NCBI RefSeq assembly: GCF_964204645.1
Contig: NC_134030.1
Location: forward strand, 11,243,947 to 11,307,946
From: Tubulanus polymorphus
Taxonomy: Eukaryota > Animalia > Nemertea
Reading direction: 5' to 3'
Length of the DNA: 64,000 nucleotides
The notes beneath the pieces are model-generated. The model was not told the origin of the DNA. It did no database searches and saw nothing but the letters and a program-made list of their open reading frames with translations. Both the position numbers and the translations under genes were made by a program. Shown piece by piece: positions 56,677 through 64,000 of this stretch. Positions within the stretch are counted from its first letter, which is position 1, and each line of letters starts with the position of its first letter.

Positions 56677-58564
56677 AAATCATTGATAAACTACCCGATG
56701 AAATGTCTAGTGAAATGACTGGAAGCCGTGCGCATTTTTCAGAGATGACGTCAGAAACGCGCCCCTGTGATATTTGGAACATTTGAAATAACCCTTTAAA
56801 CTATTCTATTTTCAAGGCATTTCCCCTTTTAAAATTCGAATATCATTAAATCTGCTTAGCTCTGTTTCACCAAGAACCTTAGTGTCTGATGTACCACACA
56901 ATACACGTAGAGCGACGGGATCATTGTGGAGACAGCCACACTACAGGACTGGCTGAAAGCTGTGTGCGTGCTATTTCTTCTTGGCTATACATGATCGGCC
57001 TTTTGTTTTTGCTATCCCTCCAGCACAAGTCATAATCTGTTATTCACAATTATTTTACCAGTGCAATGCTTAATGTATTAAGGATGAGAAACAAGGGAAG
57101 GGCCTATAAGCAAAACACCTACCGGCGTCCCGTTTTGCTTCGTATTTTCCTAGACCTGCCCCGTTGTGCTGTTTATATGTAGGCCTATTTATCTATCAAT
57201 AGGCCGAGAGTTTCATACAATCGAGAATCTAAATTTGGGTCAATAACATGCCATTTTGTTGTCTGAACGTTTGTGCTATCGCGTTTTTAGGTCTGCAGTG
57301 CAGATACCAAAATAGTCACCGATGTATTGTTGTATACATCTTTCGGTGATGAATTGAAAATGTGATGAATTAAGTTGAAAAAAGACTGTAAATCCTGAAA
57401 ACCCATGAATTTATCATCATTGCCGCTAGACCTCTATATTTGATCATTTTCGCGCATACGTTATCCATATTCCAACACGTAGAGAACCGCCCTGAACTGG
57501 TACAAGAAGGCCTACGTATTGTACCCGATAGTCGCTTTCTCGGTGCAGTCGTGCACTTGTAGGTATACTCCCTATTGTATTTTGGATCCCTGTTGTTTTT
57601 TGGATTTTAGTTTCATTTTCGTTGTGTACGCGCGTCCTGCAGTCGTATCGTTAAGTATAAGCATAGCAAATATATTTCAGTTCATCGTTCTTCTCTCATC
57701 GTTAAGCTTACAGGAAAAGATCAGTTAAATTCATGCTGTATACGTACACTAAATCTATAGGCTATGTAATACACGTACACGCTGAATAGTTGTTGTTAGA
57801 TCATTAGGCGCCAGTTTGTTTTAAGACAAATACGATTACCTTAGATTCAGTCCGGTCTCAACGTTACGAGAATACATTTCGCTGTATACATTATACGGGG
57901 AAAACCTGTGTCGATCAATAAACGTGTCTACATCGCTGTTGTGGTGTATTGCTTTCACGAGTGTGCTCGCTCATTATGCTGAAAACCAAAATGTAGTCTA
58001 CTGAGGGCCCCAGCCCGTAGCCAGGATTTATTATATCATAGGGGCGTTCTTAAATCATGAAAAAGGGCATATTTACATGTTAAGCTCCGGAAAGCGAGCA
58101 CCGTATGGGACGGCCCAGTTCCCAAACCTAGAAAATTTGTACCGTATAAAACTTCCGGCCCAAGATGCATTCTTCTAGCATCTGTGGCCGCGGTTTACAG
58201 GTGCATTGCGCCGGGCTACAACCTAGTGGATGCTTCATTAAACGATGGAACTATTGACCCTAGTCTAGAGTTGAACCAAAAAGAAAGGGCTACGTCTATT
58301 GGCCTCGTTTCCATCTGTAGAGGATCTGTATTCCATCTGTATTCATTTTCATAAATTCTTCGATTTTACCCGGCCTGATAGAGTGCCGGTGCATGTAGCC
58401 CGTACTCACAGCTTTATTTGGCTTGAACGGCGTATGATTTATGCAGGGGGATCGAGGATAAACTGAAATTAATTTTTCTTCTGAGTAAAAAATCGCCGTT
58501 ACACTCGGTGTACGTACCTTCGTATTATAATTATTAATGAAAAAAAATTGTCATAGTTGTCATC

Positions 58565-59433
58565 TTTTTGTCCCATAATGGGCTACTGCGATAACTTTTC
58601 GTCTGTCGTTCGTCCGTCCGTAGATGGAATCCAGTTATTTCAGGAACTTTTAAAGACGCTTCAATGTACGTGATGTCTTAATATTCAATTTACATTTTTA
58701 TCTACCCTAGACACATCTTCAGCCAAAAAATGGCCCGGTTAGAATCAAGATGGCCGACGACGCCATTGTTGTTCACCGAAATCAGCTCTTTTCACACATT
58801 TTTGAAGTTTTCGAGGGCAATTTTGAAGACGTTTTCATCAATTACCTTGATCTTTCGTATACATTCAAATACACCAAGGGCACATCAGCTTAAAAAATTG
58901 GGTCAATCGGACTTAAGATTGCCGTTCTGTGACCTTTTGTGTGCCCAAAAATGTCAATTTTAGCCCGAATTCTGAGTCCTGTAGGTTCCTACTGGTTTGC
59001 CATTTTTCATCGAAATTTGAGATGAGTATTGTATGGAAAGGTTTCTTTAATACATGAGGCAGGTACTTTTTGACCAACCAATTATTTTGGTAAGCATATT
59101 TTGTTAACACAATCACTTACAAGTTGTAGCTCATGATATGTTCTATGATTGGTGAGTTTTAAGGTCATTGGCTATTCTATATGGTCAGCAGGGGCGTTGA
59201 ATAGTAGACTAACTTAGTATTTCCCTATTTAGTAGGGCCTAATACTCGGCATGTTTTGTTATCACAATCAATTGCAAAACAGCAGCTACGTAGTGACTTT
59301 TTCTATGATCGGGGTGAGTATCAATGTCATTGGTTTCAGCATAACACCATAATAGCGTTGAATATTAAAATTGTTAGATTGTAAAGCATTTCAACCCACA
59401 ATCCCAAGTCGGTGTGGTGTCCCTGGACCCCTA
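58565..59433 (+). mobile_element. Helentron family A, copy 3 (opposite orientation)
   Basis: cgtccgtccgtagatggaatcc...ggtgtccctggacccct; reverse complement of copy 1. Confidence 0.85.
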
Positions 59434-60168
59434 TAGTTTGTTTTCTCACACACGATGTACGCGCATGGCGATACGCTGGATTGTCGTTAACTGACCGTCG
59501 CACTCACACGCACAGGCGTGCAAATACTGTACGCTGGAGCTTAGCTTACCTCTAAGATTTATTATTCATTAACTATAATTAAAATGCTGTTTCGGGGTTA
59601 TGGTTGGTACAACTTGGGTTAAGCGTGGTAGATTGATACATGGAATAGAGTTATTGGCTGGGATGATAATATAAAATTTGGAGCGCATTTGAACTGACTG
59701 AGGTTAGGATACCTGCGCTATATTAATGACACTATTGTTATCATTAGTATTACGTATTAGACCTGGATTTTTTTGCTCGAGGGTGGAATGTTGAAATACA
59801 AAAGTAATGCGTGGTTGAGCACCGCGTTTTTGAATGACCCCCTTAAAATGAAGTCGAACCAATGATATAAGGATTATTGCATCGTGTACGTTTACTAACA
59901 AATTTGAGACATGACAATTATTTCAACTAAGACAGATATCTCCTTATTAAGGTTGTTCGTCCGCTTTACTAACTAAGCTTCTCTGGAACTTGTTCAATGT
60001 CATAACCATTTCAACCAATGCACAGGTGAGCTCGACGTCGAATTTTGATATACGTCGTATGTCAAAATTCGATTTAGTGTTTCTCAAAATCTGTTACTTC
60101 CTCAACGTTAAAGCCTTCGATTCCTTCTGGCGGTGTTTTGAATACGTATCTTGGCTTTTACAATTCCC

Positions 60169-61749
60169 GGCCCAAGTCGGATAAAGCACAGTATAGTACC
60201 TTGGCGCAGAGTGAATTAGTTGTGCGGTAAATGTATCAGCGCATTAATACATTGGCGCATGAATACATTGAAAATTGAGTATTACTGCGCGGCAAAGGAT
60301 CAGTTCATGTACATGTTGACCGACGACATGACAGCTGACGGGTAAACTTAGTGTACTGTTTGTTCGTTGGCCCATTGCAGAGATGATAGAGTGTATATCT
60401 CATCCGCTGGTTGACGGTCGACGGATGACACGTCGCAATGTTGTCGAGAATGTATGTACAAGGATCGATGGTTGACTGGTTGACGGGTGACCACAAAACA
60501 CAAACAAACAAGAGAAGGAAATCATCAACGTATTAATGGTTATGGTTTTATTAACGAAATGATCGAACACAATGAAAGTTAGTTAGTTAGTTAGTTATCA
60601 TCGGTCTCGCTGTTATCAGTTTCCGTTGCCTGAGTATAAAGTATGCCTTTCAGAAGCTCGATGTCCGGATGTTCGGCTATGCACAAGTCCATTAGTTGGT
60701 CAGACACCCCAGTAGTATCCCAGAATTTCGCGGTATATGTGTCCAAAAGCCTCTGTATTTTGCCTTCTTCTATCTCTATGATATTTCACTTTTTGCAGAA
60801 TTTACTCTCGTTGATTTCAACCACACCCATATCAGTGGCATGTTCGAATAATTTCAAGGCGCTTGCACTGATGCCGTAGACATCACGTAAGAATCTGTAA
60901 TATTGCATCTGTTTTGGCAGTAACCCCTGTGAAGCTGGCTCCCGGTTCCCGGTTCCTTATTCGGCTCCCGATTCAAAAGCATTTTGAATCGGGAGCCGAA
61001 TAAGGAACCGGGAACCGGGAGCCAGCTTCACAGGGGTTTGGCAGTACCCGATTGCAATTTCATGACTTCAAACTGTTGCGAATTTAAGCCGAAATAGTAA
61101 ACTATAAGCATCAGCATCGAAAGTTTCATTCTTGATTTTGAAAAAAAAGAGCCGCCACGTATCGACGTCGTACCGTAGCAATGTGGACAATGCCATATTT
61201 CACCGTCCCGACGTTGGTTTTTTGGAGGCGCATCTCATGTTGACGCTGAAAATAAGTTTTGAAGGTTAAACCGTGTTGAAACTAATATCAGAGAATTGGA
61301 ATTGACTAAAGAAAAATAGAAATGCAATTTGTAGTTTAATATATTTACCTGACAATTTTTGGAACTTGCTAAAAGTCAATTTTCCCGCATGTAGGCAATC
61401 GTATTTTTCTTCAGTTTCAAGTGATTCTATAGCGAACTGTACAATTCCAGGTGCTTGGTCTCTCGGGGTGGCCATGGCTATGGTATGGTATGAACGATTG
61501 GGTGTACTGTATGATTGTCATGGGGTTTATCATGTGTTTGGTCACGTGGTGTATTGGAAATATGGGGTTAATAGATTGTTTATAGTTAATTTGTGGGTGG
61601 GAAGACACGTCCACACGTTGACACATGGAATGTTAATGGCTGGCGATGTGAATGTGTCGACATGTCAACTTTCTTTGAGATACACATAAACCGAACAACG
61701 TAGTAAGCATACGTGAAGGAACTATACTGTACAATACCCTACTTGAGCA
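60169..61749 (-). mobile_element. Merlin derivative, copy 2, with a longer transposase remnant
   Basis: Same TIRs as 43626-44528; TSD caattccc/caatcccc (one mismatch). Minus strand: DGEIWHCPHCYGTTSIRGGSFFSKS...YRFLRDV...VVEINESKFCKK*, matching the Merlin VEIDESKF motif. Confidence 0.88.
60923..61037. mobile_element. 115-bp perfect-hairpin MITE with 9-bp TSD (Mutator-like)
   Basis: 56-bp perfect arms around a 3-nt loop (gca); TSD ttggcagta at 60914-60922 and 61038-61046. Confidence 0.9.
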
Positions 61750-64000
61750 CAATCCCCTACAGAAAAATATCACGAGTGAAATCCGGTGATTCTATATAAT
61801 TTTTTCCATTTTGTCATTTAACAAGAATTAATATACACAATGGAATAATCCGTAATTTCGAGTCGACACCATTTTCATGGCCATTCATAAACACGGTAGT
61901 GCTCAGCTATGCATGGCTTTAATAAAATTGCATTTCAACATTTCATCCTCGAGCAAAATCCAAGTCTACCGACCCTACCTGCAAAAATGTATTTCAATTA
62001 TAGTTAATGAATAATTAATCTCTTTTTCTCTTTTCCTTACGTTTTTATCCTAGTTGGTCAAGAGTCCAAGTTGGCCATGTCCGAGTGAGGCGATGTTTAC
62101 CGTAAGGGTTTGTGTCTGGTCACCATATCTGTGACGGGTCGGGAATAGTGGTGACTAAATTTGGAATAGTGATTCACGACGAGGTATCAAGTTAGATACA
62201 ATGTTAATGACTAGTCGTTTTAGTCGATAATTCTTTAATCTTTATTTATCGTGACAATTCCTAAATTCACCAATTTTCACTCTTTTTATGGCAAAATGAA
62301 TGAATATTAATTCAAAGACTCTGGTATACTTTTTGTTTTCTCAAAATGAGTGGTGATTCCTGATTACCTGGTCAGGATACAATGTTAACGACAATAGTCG
62401 TCCATGTGGATTAGTTCGAAATCCCTGATGCCCTTGTAAGTCTAAAATTTCCTCTTTTTATAGGAAATGAATAAGGTCAAATAATCTGCAATAATTTGCA
62501 GTCTTGCGGAAATTTGAGTGTACTATTTGCCAAAAAATATCAACAATGATTTTGTATTCTAATAAGAGGCCAGGTTGAGGATGTTTTTTTATTTCGAGAG
62601 AAAATGATAATGTTATCATGATACGTATCAATTGGATTAATTCCGAATTGTTTGTATCAAGGATATACCGTAATAACAATGATAATGATAATGCTGATGA
62701 TGATGACAATGACGTAATGACAAAAAGACAATAATAAAACTTTCTTTTTATATTGCGCAATATCTACGCAATATCTGCACTTTACATAAGATGAGAAAAG
62801 TAGATTAATTAAGTAATCAGCGGTGAAATACTCGACAATGAATAACTGCGACGACGACGAAATTATTTTATTATTAAAGCACAAACCTATTCTATTAAAT
62901 AGTAGCAGCCTTGTTACACCTTTCTACAAATCATCCTTCCATCAACACTTTTCATACGGAGAAGGAAATTTGCCTGATATTCGAAAAGCTGTAAGTCTTC
63001 ACAGATTCCTCCTTCAGACACATGAAGCTCATGGACATTCATATGTTTCAGGATGGGGGAATATATTAATGGGAGCATCTCGTCTCTGTAGCTATTTCCT
63101 GAAAATGGGGCCACCTTTGATAGATCACGTGAGATATATTACATTTTACAAGTATATATGTATGTCTATATAGATTTGGAAACTAGCTGCGATTATAACT
63201 GTTTCTTCATTTTTTAGTTGATTTTTTCAAAATATTTGAACGATTGATTGGTGCCGAGTCAATACAGTTTGCCAACGGATGCTGATGATCGTCAAAGGAG
63301 AAAACTTTACGATGGCTCGTCAAGGCTCATACAGTAATCGGGAAGTGAGCGCTTTGAACCCGTATTTTAACGAGTTAATTTCTTTTAGACATTTGAATAT
63401 GAAGATTATGTTATAGCCATATCGAAATATATACGTATATATGCACATGTATAATGTACGTATTATCTAGGTACTTTAGAAACCTCTATCTTCAGAAGAA
63501 CTGATTAACAAATGGGCCACAGTGACTGATGATCAACATGTTTCTGTCGGAAAATGACATGACAGCACTTGCTTTGAAATCTAATGCTAAGGGAAGTTGA
63601 CGACGTGCTAGAAGTTTAAATTGCGTTTCATTCTCTCTTAGGCCTGGGCCGAAATGGATCATGCCATTTCTGCACTATCTTTAACTCCCACGAGTACTGA
63701 CTAGAAACACTACAAATCAGGTGCCTTAATTCAGTCAACATAAATTAGTTCCATAAATTGTTATAAGAAAAATCATTGCGTAAACGAATTATATCTATCG
63801 ACTATATTTTACTACAGCTCTGAAAGGGTAGAAATCAAAGGTTGCCGAATTAGTAGATACCGCCATAACATCTGTCTGCTTATGGAAGACGCATTGTTCT
63901 TGATATTAGGCCAAAAATGATACCTCGTTTCTCATTTCTGGCCGGATGCAAAAATCTTAGGCTTAGAGACCCGGTAAAATAATAACTTGCCAGCCTGGTG

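Noticed and set aside
62823-63173. 116-aa ORF, and the many other 60-130 aa ORFs in repeats
   Set aside because: No recognisable motif or consistent splice pattern; most overlap MITE/Helentron sequence or are antisense shadows of transposon ORFs.

Overview
AT-rich, repeat-dense animal genomic DNA, most likely a marine invertebrate (spliceosomal introns; LINE, Penelope, Helentron and Merlin elements; no prokaryotic features). Most long ORFs are decayed transposons: APE-RT LINEs, an L2/CR1-type LINE with a zinc-knuckle+SGNH ORF1, a GC-rich Neptune-type Penelope-like element with an upstream SGNH-esterase ORF and serial splice acceptors, two Merlin derivatives, IS3EU-like and Mutator-like MITEs, and two families of non-autonomous Helentrons. 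Among these I could assemble by eye a minus-strand host gene that the ORF track does not resolve. It spans >43 kb (50,798 to <=7,529). Its first coding exon encodes a cysteine string (MATFKEICFYWLSCLFCCCCCCWK...). At least 18 short exons (15-114 nt) follow, all multiples of 3 and all phase 1-1, splicing into one stop-free frame of about 340 aa with no domain I recognise. Its largest intron (~24 kb) holds a nested stack of transposons. All calls are manual; no alignments or database searches were run.
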